From contig CAWCKW010000013.1 in NCBI GenBank assembly GCA_963796285.1, positions 224,001-288,000 of the forward strand: a DNA stretch of 64,000 bases, in the 5' to 3' direction. Source of the DNA: Nitrospirota bacterium (GTDB taxonomy: Bacteria; Nitrospirota; UBA9217). This document shows positions 22,647-33,451 of the stretch, one piece after another. The notes beneath the pieces are model-generated. The model was not told where the DNA came from. It did no database searches and saw only the letters and a list, made by a program, of their open reading frames with translations. Position numbers and translations under genes: made by a program. The stretch's first letter is position 1. Every line of letters begins with the position of its first letter.

Positions 22647-23588
22647 TCAATGTTGTTTTTTCTTAATAGCTTCCTTGACCGCGGAAACGATGTCGCCCGC
22701 CGACATGCCGTATTGCTTCAGAAGCCCTTCCTGATCACCGGAAGTACCGAAGGTATCCCTGACACCGATGCGCACCATCGGGACCGGTGCGGATTCGCAA
22801 AGCACCTCGGCCACGGCGCCGCCCAGACCGCCGATGATCGAGTGCTCCTCGGCGGTCACGATCGCACCGCTGTACTTCGCTGCCGCGATTATGGCGTCAA
22901 TATCGATCGGCTTGATCGTGGACATGTTGATCACACCCGCGTCGATCCCTTCTGCCTTCAGCAGGTCGCGCGCCTTGATCGACTCGGCAACCATGATGCC
23001 CGTGGCGATGATGGCCGCGTCCTTGCCCTGGTTGAAGACGTGGGCCTTGCCGATCTTGAACGTATACCCCTCCCCAAAGAGCGTGGGCACCTTGTTCCTC
23101 CCCACACGAACATAGCAGGGGCCTTGGTATTCGGCCACGGCCTCGATGGCCTGCGTTGTCTCGGGCCCGTCAGCAGGGACGATCACGGTCATGTGCGGGA
23201 GCACGCGCATCACGGCAATGTCCTCGACGGACTGGTGCGAGCCGCCGTCCTCACCCACGGTAATGCCGGCGTGACTCGCCACAATCTTCACATTCATGTT
23301 CGGATAGCAGATGGACTGCCGCACCTGCTCCCAGGCCCTGCCCGTTGCGAACACCGCAAAGGTGCTCGCGAACGGCAGCTTGCCGGCTATGGCGAATCCG
23401 GCCGCCGTGCCCATCATGTCCTGCTCGGCAATCCCGATATTGAAGAACCGTTCCGGGAACACCTTGGCAAATTTCGAGGTCTTCGTCGAACCCGACAGGT
23501 CCGCGTCCAGCACCACTACATCATCCCTCTTTTTTCCGAGGGCCACCAGCGCGTCCCCGTATGCATCTCTCGTCGCTATCTTCGTCAC
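22647..23588 (-). CDS. Transketolase C-terminal subunit
   Basis: NIGIAEQ, GEDGGSHQ, EEHSIIGGLG. Confidence 0.93.
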   Translation of the reverse strand: MTKIATRDAYGDALVALGKKRDDVVVLDADLSGSTKTSKFAKVFPERFFNIGIAEQDMMGTAAGFAIAGKLPFASTFAVFATGRAWEQVRQSICYPNMNVKIVASHAGITVGEDGGSHQSVEDIAVMRVLPHMTVIVPADGPETTQAIEAVAEYQGPCYVRVGRNKVPTLFGEGYTFKIGKAHVFNQGKDAAIIATGIMVAESIKARDLLKAEGIDAGVINMSTIKPIDIDAIIAAAKYSGAIVTAEEHSIIGGLGGAVAEVLCESAPVPMVRIGVRDTFGTSGDQEGLLKQYGMSAGDIVSAVKEAIKKKQH

Positions 23589-23697
23589 GTTACCCCCTAT
23601 AGCTTATTGCGGATTTCAGATTGCCCCGGCTCTTGCGAAAACGCCGGGACACGCGGAATGCGGATTTAACAGCCCTCCAATCCGAAATCCGCAATTT

Positions 23698-24540
23698 TTA
23701 TTTACACACCGTTTCTTCCGACAACTCTTTCAACGCGATCTCGAGTTCGTCCTTCGATGGCGTGGCGCCATGGAACTCCACCTTGCCTTCGAACTGCTTC
23801 GAGCCCTTGCCCTTGACCGTCCGGCAAACAATCACAGTCGGCTTTCCCTTGATTGTTTCAGCCTTGTCGAGCGCAGACGTGATGGCACCCAAATTGTGAC
23901 CGTCGATATCAAGTACTTCCCAGCCAAAGGCACGCCATTTGTCCGTGATCGGCTCTACACCCATCACCTTGGCAACCGGCCCGTCGATCTGGAGCCCGTT
24001 ATTGTCCACGAGCGCGCACAGATTGTCGAGCTTGTAGTGCGCCGCGGTCATGGCCGCTTCCCACACCTGGCCCTCCTGCAGTTCGCCGTCGCCGAGCAGT
24101 GCAAACACCCGGTTCGGTGTCTTGTCGAGCTTGTGGGCCAGCGCAATGCCGTTCGCCACGGACAGGCCCTGACCCAGCGAACCCGTCGAGATCTCGACGC
24201 CCGGCACATACTTGCTGTCCGGATGGCCCTGGAGCCGCGAGCCGAGCTTCCGGAGCGTGCAAAGCTCCGCATGCTCGATGAAGCCCGCGTGAGCGAGCAC
24301 CGTGTACAGGAGCGGCGCGGCATGGCCCTTCGAGAGGATGAAATGGTCACGTCCCTTCCAGTCCGGCTTCTTCGCATCGTATTTCATCTTATAGAAGTAA
24401 AGCGCTGTCACGATATCAGCCGCGGACAGGCTGCCGCCAGTGTGGCCCGAGCCGCATTCGGTCAGCATCTTCAATATGTCTATCCGAACTCTTCTGGCCC
24501 TGTCCGTCAATGTCTTCAACTGCTCTATTGATGCCGCCAT
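23698..24540 (-). CDS. Transketolase N-terminal (ThDP-binding) subunit
   Basis: LSKGHAAP, STGSLGQG, GDGELQEG. Confidence 0.94.
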   Translation of the reverse strand: MAASIEQLKTLTDRARRVRIDILKMLTECGSGHTGGSLSAADIVTALYFYKMKYDAKKPDWKGRDHFILSKGHAAPLLYTVLAHAGFIEHAELCTLRKLGSRLQGHPDSKYVPGVEISTGSLGQGLSVANGIALAHKLDKTPNRVFALLGDGELQEGQVWEAAMTAAHYKLDNLCALVDNNGLQIDGPVAKVMGVEPITDKWRAFGWEVLDIDGHNLGAITSALDKAETIKGKPTVIVCRTVKGKGSKQFEGKVEFHGATPSKDELEIALKELSEETVCK

Positions 24541-24671
24541 GCACTTGTCCTCCTGAGTGGGTCTGAGTAATGAGCAACCACGAAAGATGTACTGTTCACA
24601 AAGAAAAGCGTCCAGTTGATTTTCATACGGGCCGGTCCCACAGGTAGCTGCGGCGCGAAGGTGTTTCGGAA

Positions 24672-25115
24672 CTAGTTATTTTCCCGGTCTTGCTGTTCCT
24701 GGGCAAGAAAGTCCAGGATGATATCGTCGAGACCTTTGTCTTTCACCGGCTCTATGGACGGAGGCGACGGTGGCGGAGTTGGTTGTTTTTCAGTCCGGGC
24801 CGGTGAGTCCGGCGCAGGCGCGGACCCAGTGGATGACGTGTAGGTGGATTCGTGAGGCGCATCATTCAGGTTCAGCTTGCCCTTCAACAGATCCCGGATC
24901 ATTTGCTTGTGCTGCTCCATCATCAGCTCGCGTACCACTTCCTCAAGGCAGTCCGCCTTGAGGATATCGGCGTAGCTGGTCTTGCGCGAGGCAAGGATAG
25001 CGCCTTGAAGATATAAGAGAGAGGTTATATATGGATTGTTGGTCCCGCCATCCTCGGTCTGGCAATGGTAGATCTTCGCCTGGAATTTGAAATCGGTGTT
25101 GTAGCCCGTAAGCAT
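24672..25115 (-). CDS. Conserved hypothetical protein
   Basis: MLTGYNTD..YHCQTEDGG..EQHKQMIR, Pro-rich linker, LDDIILDFL tail. Confidence 0.75.
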   Translation of the reverse strand: MLTGYNTDFKFQAKIYHCQTEDGGTNNPYITSLLYLQGAILASRKTSYADILKADCLEEVVRELMMEQHKQMIRDLLKGKLNLNDAPHESTYTSSTGSAPAPDSPARTEKQPTPPPSPPSIEPVKDKGLDDIILDFLAQEQQDRENN

Positions 25116-25200
25116 AGATGGATATTATACAAAGCCGGGCAGGAAGTTGCAAGCCTTTTTGCTTGACAGCAAAAGAAGGTTAGTGTAACTTTTATCCCGT

Positions 25201-25287
25201 GCCGGCGTGGTGAAACTGGTAGACGCAGAGGACTCAAAATCCTCCGGGGGCAACTCCATGTCGGTTCGACTCCGACCGTCGGCACCA
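25201..25287 (+). tRNA. tRNA-Leu(CAA)
   Basis: Anticodon loop CTCAAAA, long variable arm, CCA end, TTGACA upstream, terminator hairpin downstream. Confidence 0.96.
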
Positions 25288-26341
25288 ATAAAAAGATCGG
25301 CTTTTGCCGGTCTTTTTTGTTTTCTGTTAGTCGGCATAGAACAAAGGGGCATGGGGGAAGGATTCCCCTTTGCTTCCGGGGAAACTCATGAAGGGGCTGA
25401 CCCCTTCGTGAAGCGAAGCGCATGAGATTTTGTCGCCGGCACCATGTTTTTTCTCCACATTTCGACAGTCCTCCCCCTGTAACTTTTTTCTTCAAACTCG
25501 ACAATGTGCCTATTATTGTGTCTATGAGTCCGGATAAGTATTTCCTGCGCATCTTGAGTGTGGGGGACGATCGTCTCTCTCAGGCGTTCCGTAAATCTGC
25601 TGCATTGACGATATGTTATAAACGGTCAGATATCGAGCGCATTTTGAAGCTGAAATTTTTCTAGTCACAATCTCAGAAACGCCGGGCTGTAACCATTTTT
25701 TCCCTCCATGCAATAAGTTTTTTGCGCGTCATATTTTCTATAAAGTTTATATGTTATAATTGTTGAAAAGTCAGTTGAAATCTACTTATCTCGATCAAGG
25801 CGTCAAGATCAATGATGTCGAAGGAGCATCCGGCGATTATCCTGCAGACAAGGTTTTTCGTTTATAGTACCAGAGTTGCCCCGGTTTTCTTGGACACTCC
25901 TTTATAATGGAAAGGCGCTTGGTACAATTTTGACAATTTTACATTCTTCGAATGAAAATCCTATGTTTCGCATATTTCCATATATCTAATTGATTAGAAA
26001 TAACTTTTATTTTTTAGGGCTTGTCAGAAAATTTTACACCTCCAATTAATTATAATCAAGCATTTGAAATTAAACGGTTCCAATTTCTAGCACTTTAATT
26101 GCACGAATATAGTATATGAGCTTACCTTTTATATCAATTTTATCCATAAAAACATTCTAGATAAGAGATAAGCACTTCAGTCTGTATGAAACTAACTAGT
26201 CTTGTTAAAGCCGGGAAGAGAGTGATCCCGCTTGCACTTTAATTAGCATGTGCAAAGGGGGGCAAATGTAAGCGCTGAAGCAATATATTAATAAATTTCG
26301 CCCCATTGTATTGCTCAGTATCGCAAGAAAGGAGTCTAGAC

Positions 26342-26758
26342 ATGGTAAAATTAAATCCGTATTTAATAGTAATCATGATCGTACTCCTCATTATGTTCGG
26401 AGCCCATATGGTGCACAGCCGGGTGGTTGATGGCTTGGAACACGAAAAGATGCACGCTGTGCGAACAATTGATAAGGAAATCCAAAAGCTGAAAATTCTC
26501 AAAGCCATCATTGCTTGCGAGTCAAGCAACCGCCACGTAATCGGGACGTTATCTGAGGTAGGCGTAGACATCGGAAAATGTCAGATCAACACATACTGGC
26601 ATGAAGCAAAGGCAGAGTCCATGGGATTGAACCTCTTCGACCCTGATGACAACATGGAATATTGCCTGTACCTTTTTAAGTCCGAAGGAGTTAAGCCGTG
26701 GAGGAGCTCTCAAGTCTGCTGGCAACAGGCGCTTGCGAAGGAAGATATATATTTTTGA
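26342..26758 (+). CDS. Membrane-anchored lysozyme-like / lytic transglycosylase protein
   Basis: N-terminal TM helix; IACESS (catalytic Glu), GKCQIN, DPDDN, GVKPW. Confidence 0.75.
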   Translation: MVKLNPYLIVIMIVLLIMFGAHMVHSRVVDGLEHEKMHAVRTIDKEIQKLKILKAIIACESSNRHVIGTLSEVGVDIGKCQINTYWHEAKAESMGLNLFDPDDNMEYCLYLFKSEGVKPWRSSQVCWQQALAKEDIYF

Positions 26759-27468
26759 CTGGTTCAAGAGAAACTGTACCTTAATAATTACATCTGGAAT
26801 GGCATTGGAACTGTTTCCTGTTACGGATGGAAAGTTCGCGACTGACCATTCTTGGCCGATCAGAGTGACAAATTCTATTTCTTGTCGTATTTTTTCCCAT
26901 TAACAGAGACAATAATCTCTCAACGCCTGATCCCCGAGCGTTCTGCAAGTAAATCCTTCAGTAGAGATCCCACAATTCAGAAGACGTTAATGAGAGCGGT
27001 TTATGATCGCGTCGATCTGCTGCGATATGCCGTTCCGGAGCTGCGGCTCGGTCCAGAAGTTGTTCCCGATCTTCAGCACCTCGTCGTCGGTCCCCACGGC
27101 CTTGCCTGACAGCCTTCGGGCTTGTGCCCGTAGCTCCCCAGGATGATAACGCTGACAAGACCCACCCTGCCGCTTGCTGGATATGACGTATTCATAAAAA
27201 ACGAACAGGACACACCTTAAATGTCAGGATAAAACTGTCCTTGACTTTGTGTCTACTATATTTGTATACTTTACGAAAATCAAAGGGCCTCCGATGTCCC
27301 GCTGATGCGAACAGCGGCAATTTGTTACTGGTGTGCGCATAGATCCGGCCTTCTGAAGAACTGGAAATTATCCGTGGGAATAATTATGCACTAGGTTTTC
27401 CTTTGGATGTACTTTTCTCGATTGTATCCAACGATTGAGTGCTATGAAATTGGAGTGACTATACGATC

Positions 27469-28176
27469 ATGCAGGATAAAAGGCGGTATAAGAGATTCCG
27501 TGTGGATTTAGTAGAAATAAACGGCCAGATGAGCTTGGCCGACAAAGTACAAATCCTTGACATCAGTCTCGGCGGAGTTTCATTGAAGGCTGACCGGAGA
27601 CTGAATATCGGCAAAGAATATTTGATCAAGCTTCAGGAAAAAGGGAAAAACCTTCAAGTGAAGGGCACCGTTGTTCGCTCCGAACTGAGCGGCATTGAAC
27701 AGAAAGCCGACGGGCAAGGCGTCTCAATATTTACGGTAGGCATGATGTTTAAAGAAGGCTTTGCTGACAAGTTAGCCGATTTTCTTAAGCCTATTGAGCA
27801 AACGACAAAAAAAGAAGCAGCGCCGTCTGTTGCTGATCGGAGGCTCAATGTCAGGTTTAATATCACGACCCCCCAGGAGAAGATATTGAGTTATCCTTTA
27901 CAGTTTAAGGTGAAATCAATCAGCTTGGGCGGCATGCTTATCCAAACCGAGCAGGCCGTGGAAATAAATAGTAAGATCCCCATGGAATTGTCACTGAAAG
28001 CTGACACCGCAGTTAAGTTTATCGGACGAGTTGCCTCATGCGCCACGACGGAATATACGGGTCAAGCTTACTATGACATAGGGGTAGAGTTCACCGATCT
28101 GGCGGATAAGGATACGAAGTTTCTCAAGACCTTCATAGACTATTTGGCGGGAATTGAAGCGAAAGACAAAGGATAA
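27469..28176 (+). CDS. Tandem PilZ domain protein
   Basis: RRYKR..DISLGG and RRLNVR..SISLGG. Confidence 0.9.
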   Translation: MQDKRRYKRFRVDLVEINGQMSLADKVQILDISLGGVSLKADRRLNIGKEYLIKLQEKGKNLQVKGTVVRSELSGIEQKADGQGVSIFTVGMMFKEGFADKLADFLKPIEQTTKKEAAPSVADRRLNVRFNITTPQEKILSYPLQFKVKSISLGGMLIQTEQAVEINSKIPMELSLKADTAVKFIGRVASCATTEYTGQAYYDIGVEFTDLADKDTKFLKTFIDYLAGIEAKDKG

Positions 28177-28401
28177 AAAGCAAGCGAGACCATTGTTGTA
28201 ACGCTGTCATTGACTGCCCGCTGTTTACTGCATTCCCACTGCCCTGATCTCCATGCCCGTTCGGCCCGTAACTCTCTGCTCGAAAAATAAGCTCCATTGC
28301 TTCCGCACCCTGTTCCACCTTCATCTTGCGATAAATGACAGGACAAAATAAAAAGGGCCTGGTTTTCCAGACCCTTTGACCTGATACGCTTAATAAAAAC
28401 A

Positions 28402-28671
28402 CTATTCAATATTGAACATTGCCACTTCCTTGAGCCCTGGCGTATACTGCCCTACTGGCACCAATTTCTTGTTGTCCTTGATGCAGCTGATGACCGTGTT
28501 CCAGAGTTTGGCGAGGTCTTCTTTTTCCTTGCCGGTTTCCGGCGTCATCTTGAGAAGTGTTCCTTCGATATCGATCTTCACTCGTTCCTCCTGAATAATA
28601 TATTGTTCAACCTTAAATGATGTTCCCTGCTGGCTGCCTGTTAGTATGTAGAAGATTCGTGGATTGGTCAA
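28402..28671 (-). CDS. Hypothetical protein
   Basis: 89-aa ORF with plausible composition, followed by a terminator-like hairpin. Confidence 0.55.
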   Translation of the reverse strand: MTNPRIFYILTGSQQGTSFKVEQYIIQEERVKIDIEGTLLKMTPETGKEKEDLAKLWNTVISCIKDNKKLVPVGQYTPGLKEVAMFNIE

Positions 28672-28806
28672 GTCATTTTTTTATCATCCCGGGGAGACCT
28701 GGTATCAACAGCTATACTGCCATCCACCACAGTGTACGGTGTGAGCAACGCCCCGCCGCGACGAAATGATTGCTGCGATGCTTTAGTCCGGACAAGGTAT
28801 CGATGA

Positions 28807-29343
28807 TTACCGATATTCCAGCTCTGCTCTGAAGAACGCATAGGCCTCATTATCAAAAATACAGAACTCGACGAGTTCAAGCGGACCGGCTGGATTGCCT
28901 TGCAGGAACGCGGCAGTCTCGGCCACCAGGATCTTCGCGCACCGGTCCTTGGGAAAACCGAAGATACCGGCGCTGATCGCAGGGACAGAGATGCTCCTGA
29001 GCCCTTGCTCCACGGCAAGGGCAAGCACGCTGTTGATCGCCCTCTTCAGCTTATCGTCCTCGTTGCCCTCTCCCATCCTCGGCCCAACCGCGTGAATGAC
29101 GTAACGCGCTTTCAATTTTCCAGCCGTTGTGATCGCGGCACCGCCGACCGGCACATAGCCGATCTTGTCGCTCTCGTCCTGAATGACCTTTCCGCCTTTT
29201 CTCACAATTGCCCCCGCAACCCCGCCGCCGTGCTGCAGATGGCTGTTTGCCGCGTTCACGATCGCGTCAACGTCGCGCTCGGTGAGGTCTGCAGACACAA
29301 GCCGGATGGTCGTCTTGTTGATCTTTTTTTCGATCGGATCCAT
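28807..29343 (-). CDS. Macro domain protein (MacroD-type ADP-ribose deacylase)
   Basis: AIVNAAN, GGGVAGAI, HAVGP, PAISAGIFGFP. Confidence 0.95.
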   Translation of the reverse strand: MDPIEKKINKTTIRLVSADLTERDVDAIVNAANSHLQHGGGVAGAIVRKGGKVIQDESDKIGYVPVGGAAITTAGKLKARYVIHAVGPRMGEGNEDDKLKRAINSVLALAVEQGLRSISVPAISAGIFGFPKDRCAKILVAETAAFLQGNPAGPLELVEFCIFDNEAYAFFRAELEYR

Positions 29344-29537
29344 GAAGCACCTCCTAACCTGGGCAAACCGGAACCAAAAGGCATGTCAGAGCGTGCAGGG
29401 GACGCACAGTTAGATGAAAAATCTGACAACGTATATTTTTTTCTCTTCGGTCTCTATGCATCGGTGAGACATTTTCTTGCCATTTTGAGAAGAATTTTAT
29501 TCTTAACAAACTACAACACGCCGATACTGAATTATTA

Positions 29538-30806
29538 TCACCACGAAGGCCTCGAAGAAAATTTTTCCCTCTCCCTTCCTTCGAATATCCTCACCTTCCC
29601 GAACTCGCCATCATACCCCGGCGCGATTTGGATGTTCCCTGCTCTCATGCGCGAGACGGCCTCGCGGATGAGCGCTGTGCCGGCGCGCTCAATATCGTCG
29701 AGCGGTACATCCAGCAGTATCTTGAACTCGTTGCCGAGCCGTTCGAGCATGGGCAAATACAGGGCGTTCACCTTTTTCGTGTTCACCCCGCATTCCAAAC
29801 CCTCGGCAATGATCTCAGGCAAGGGGATGATGGAGGCATAGGAGGGCGCGCCCGCAAGCCTGAAGCCTTCTTCCCGGTCAGCAAGCTTCTCGACCCGGTG
29901 CATTACTCCCACGGTCACCTTCCTTCCGCATACCGGGCAGAGGTAATTATGGCATATCGTCTCTTTCGGCGTCAGGCTCACGCCGCAGTCCCGGTGGCCG
30001 TCGTAATGATATTTCCCCTGCTCGGGAAAGAACTCGATGGTCCCGAGAAAACCTTTTCGCGTCTTGATGGCCTGCATGATTGCAGCATAGGTGATGTTCG
30101 TGTCGAGGATATTCGCCTCGCGCCCGATCTTTGACGCAGAGTGGGCGTCGGAGTTCGAGACGAGCGTGATCGCATCAAGGGCCGAAAGCCGCCAATTCAT
30201 GAGCGGGTCTGAGGACAGCCCGGTCTCGATGGCATGGATATGGGGTGTCAGCTCTTCGTAACATTCCTGAAGTGAATCGAATCCCGAAGCCGCGCCGAGG
30301 ACGGAGAAGTGCGGCGTCCAGGCGTGGGCAGGGATAAGCATGGCATCGGGTGAAACGTCGAGGGTGATCTGAAGCAGCTTCTTCGCATCGAGCCCCAGGA
30401 TCGGCCTGCCGTCGGAATTGAGGTTGCCGATCCTGGACAGGACTAGGTTCAAGCGCTCAGCCCTCGCGATGTCCGGCGCGAGGATAATGGAATGTACCTT
30501 TCGCGTCTTGCCGTTCTTGCTGTAGATGCTGCTGACCTCGGCCGACAAGATGAACGAAACCTCCGACTGGCAGGATTCGGGAACGTCGTCAGTCCAATAC
30601 TTTTTCTTGAGTGCGAACAACCCGTTGCCGAGAGGGTCAAGCTTCTCCTTCAGTTCTTTGATCCACTGCGGATGGGTGAAATCCCCGGTGCCTATGACGG
30701 TGATGCCCTTGAGCTGCGCCCATTTCCAGATACCCTCCGGGCACATGTCCGGGCTCGTGGCGCGTGAATAGTGGGAATGGACGTGAAGGTCGGCAACAAA
30801 TCGCAT
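29538..30806 (-). CDS. Endonuclease Q family protein (PHP domain)
   Basis: DLHVHSHYS, GTGDFTHP, ETGLSSD, NSDAHS, GKYH, CPVCG, PGYDGEFG. Confidence 0.9.
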   Translation of the reverse strand: MRFVADLHVHSHYSRATSPDMCPEGIWKWAQLKGITVIGTGDFTHPQWIKELKEKLDPLGNGLFALKKKYWTDDVPESCQSEVSFILSAEVSSIYSKNGKTRKVHSIILAPDIARAERLNLVLSRIGNLNSDGRPILGLDAKKLLQITLDVSPDAMLIPAHAWTPHFSVLGAASGFDSLQECYEELTPHIHAIETGLSSDPLMNWRLSALDAITLVSNSDAHSASKIGREANILDTNITYAAIMQAIKTRKGFLGTIEFFPEQGKYHYDGHRDCGVSLTPKETICHNYLCPVCGRKVTVGVMHRVEKLADREEGFRLAGAPSYASIIPLPEIIAEGLECGVNTKKVNALYLPMLERLGNEFKILLDVPLDDIERAGTALIREAVSRMRAGNIQIAPGYDGEFGKVRIFEGREREKFSSRPSW

Positions 30807-31056
30807 GGCGGGATTATAACATGAAACTGTTTTTTTGCCACGGATTTGCACGGAAACGCGCGAACGAGGTCGGTTGGTAGTTTCTTGTCCCTCAGTTTAT
30901 CCATGAAAGACCTCCCTCGTACGGATTTGGAACGCATCACTATCGCCTAGTTCACGGGTCACATCCAACTTACCATGACGCTTGACTTGGCCTCCTTATT
31001 CCGATAAGGTTTGGCGATATATCTTAATAATTGGTTACTATTACAGGGAGCAAATC

Positions 31057-31302
31057 ATGATCGACCGACAGTCCAACGATCCTCTACACGGCATCACTCT
31101 GGAAATGATCCTTACCCAGCTGGTCGAACACTATGGTTGGGAAGAAATGGGAAGAATGGTCAAGATCAAATGTTTTACGAATGACCCGAGCATCAAGTCC
31201 AGCTTGCAGTTTCTGAGAAGGACCCCCTGGGCGAGAAGTAAAGTTGAAGCCCTCTATTTGAGATACAAAAGGGAGTCCGCGAAGAAACCGAAGAGTACGT
31301 GA
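31057..31302 (+). CDS. VF530/DUF2132 family DNA-binding protein
   Basis: [25 protein letters not shown]. Confidence 0.9.
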   Translation: MIDRQSNDPLHGITLEMILTQLVEHYGWEEMGRMVKIKCFTNDPSIKSSLQFLRRTPWARSKVEALYLRYKRESAKKPKST

Positions 31303-31413
31303 GCAGGGATCGAGCAGCCTGACAGGCGAACAATGGGGTTGTTAACCATTGCAGCTGATGCACAAACTCGTTGTTGATCTCTCAGGTCGTAGAAAAAATA
31401 CCAATGTCACAAA

Positions 31414-31492
31414 CTCGCACCCTGAAGGGTGCGGCTACCTTAATGAAAAATCATTGCCTCGGTATTGGTAGCCGCAGGCTTTAAACCCGTGG
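31414..31492. repeat. REP-type inverted pair (GTAG family)
   Basis: cgcaccctgaagggtgcggctacc ... ggtagccgcaggctttaaacccgtgg. Confidence 0.7.
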
Positions 31493-31520
31493 GCACCTTC
31501 TCCCCGCCCCGGTTGCTCCT

Positions 31521-32033
31521 TCATGATAGCGATCCGCTGTGGGACTCAAACCATCTCCGATCGGCCAGCACGACCGAGGTCTCTGTCTGCCGCTCGGGGA
31601 TGGACCAGTATTTCCTGAGCAAACGGCCCTCCTCTTCCTTCGAGACCAGCTGAAAACCGTGCTTCTCGTAGAACCTGATGGCCCAGATCGCGGCTGCCCA
31701 GGTGCCGACGAGCGTGGGACGCGTTGCGAGTGTTTTGAGATGGGCGATCAGCGTTCCGCCGATTCCCCGGCCCCGAAAGGCCGTGTTGACATAGGCGTGG
31801 CGGATGAGCGTTACGTCCTGCACATCTTGAATGCCCATGACGCCGACGATCTCCCCGTCTATTTCATGACCCCGGAAGATCACGCCCGCGTCTATCTCAT
31901 GTCGAAGATACGCCCGGGACATATACGGTTCTCTCCAGCAATCCGCAGGGATAACGCCCTTGTATGCCCGGGCGGAGTCGTTGATGATGGCGTAGAGTGT
32001 CTCGAAATCGTTATCAGAGCAATGTCGGATCAT
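31521..32033 (-). CDS. GNAT family N-acetyltransferase
   Basis: RHAYV..FRGRGIG, AIRFYEKHGF. Confidence 0.9.
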   Translation of the reverse strand: MIRHCSDNDFETLYAIINDSARAYKGVIPADCWREPYMSRAYLRHEIDAGVIFRGHEIDGEIVGVMGIQDVQDVTLIRHAYVNTAFRGRGIGGTLIAHLKTLATRPTLVGTWAAAIWAIRFYEKHGFQLVSKEEEGRLLRKYWSIPERQTETSVVLADRRWFESHSGSLS

Positions 32034-32215
32034 GACCTCTCCGGTACCTTGTCCATCTCCCGGTAACGCCGCTTGCATGCAACCTGAAAACGGCAGTGAA
32101 GCATGGTGGACAGATGGACGCCGGGGAAAACCCGGCGCACCGTAAGAAAAAAAGGGTGAGCAGTCGATGAACGACTATTCACCCGTTACTTTCAACCCTT
32201 CACCTCTCTTTGGAT

Positions 32216-33451
32216 CTATTCCACCGCAACGACGAACTTCTTCTTGAAATCCGCTGGGCTCATCTTTGCCGTTGCTGCGAGTTTGTTGAGATTCTCTCCT
32301 TCCATGTCTTCCTTCTCGAGACGGATCATATACCGTCGCGCCATGTGGTAGTCATCGGCGGTCGTATCTACGACGCGGATGCGGGTCTTGCTTGTCTTGG
32401 GGTCCAGGAGGTCCGCGAACTTGATCGGAAGACAGATTCCGTCCTTTAACATGATCATGGCGCCGGTGCCGCCCGCGATCAGGAACCGCACGGCGCTGTA
32501 ACCCAGATAGCGCGTGTACTCGCGGTCAAAGGAGATGGGCGGATGGCAGCGAAGTTCATAGCCGATGTCCTTGGCAATGATGGTGGTCTTGAGCCCGAGG
32601 GCTTTCAGCTCCGCCGTTACCCGCTGTTTCAGCATATCGCCCAGCGGCACCTCGGCGAGGCGAATGTTGCCGTGCTCGTCCTTCGGCACGTCCTTCATGA
32701 TCGTCAGCTCCGCGGGATCGAACCGGATGGCAACACCCTCGGCGATCACGGCCACGCCGTAATCCCTGCCCGTGGCCATGCGCTTGATGATGGCCCCCGT
32801 GAGGATGGCAACCACCTTGTTCAAGGAGATCTTGCTCCCGAGCTCCTCGGGAATGAGTGTCAGCGTCGCGCCGGCGCCCATTCCCATGCCGAGCGCCAGA
32901 TGGCCGGCCGACCGGCCCATGGCCACAACGAAGTACCAGCGGAAAGCCGTCTTGGCGTCCTCCATCAGGTTTTCCACGAGCTGCGTACCCAGCTGCCGGG
33001 CCGTCTCGAACCCGAACGTCGGGACGCCGTGCGGAAGCGGCAGATCATTGTCGATGGTCTTCGGCACATGGCAGACAGCGATCTTACCTCCTGCCGCCTT
33101 CTCCACCTGCGTGGCGGTGAACGCCGTGTCGTCGCCGCCGATGGTGACGAGGTACTTGACGCCTAGCTCATTCAACGTCTTGATCACGTTGGCCATCTTG
33201 GCGGGATCCTTGGTGGGATTGTCCCGCGACGTGCGGATGATCGACCCGCCGCGCGTGTGGATGCGCGAGATCTCCTCGGGGTGCAGGATCCTGATATGCG
33301 ACGCGTCCCCTTTGCCGAGCCACTTGAATCCGTCGTAGATGCCGACCACTTCCAGTCCCTGCTTCACCGCTTCGAACGTGACCGCGCTGATCACCCCGTT
33401 GATGCCGGGAGCGGGTCCCCCGCCGATAACTATTGCAAGTTTTTCTCCCAT
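32216..33451 (-). CDS. pfp: Pyrophosphate-dependent phosphofructokinase
   Basis: GGGPAPGIN, GGDDT (Asp diagnostic of PPi use), PKTIDND, MGR. Confidence 0.92.
   Translation of the reverse strand: MGEKLAIVIGGGPAPGINGVISAVTFEAVKQGLEVVGIYDGFKWLGKGDASHIRILHPEEISRIHTRGGSIIRTSRDNPTKDPAKMANVIKTLNELGVKYLVTIGGDDTAFTATQVEKAAGGKIAVCHVPKTIDNDLPLPHGVPTFGFETARQLGTQLVENLMEDAKTAFRWYFVVAMGRSAGHLALGMGMGAGATLTLIPEELGSKISLNKVVAILTGAIIKRMATGRDYGVAVIAEGVAIRFDPAELTIMKDVPKDEHGNIRLAEVPLGDMLKQRVTAELKALGLKTTIIAKDIGYELRCHPPISFDREYTRYLGYSAVRFLIAGGTGAMIMLKDGICLPIKFADLLDPKTSKTRIRVVDTTADDYHMARRYMIRLEKEDMEGENLNKLAATAKMSPADFKKKFVVAVE

Noticed and set aside
27280-27400. Possible riboswitch upstream of the tandem PilZ gene
   Set aside because: Small hairpins only; no recognisable aptamer consensus.
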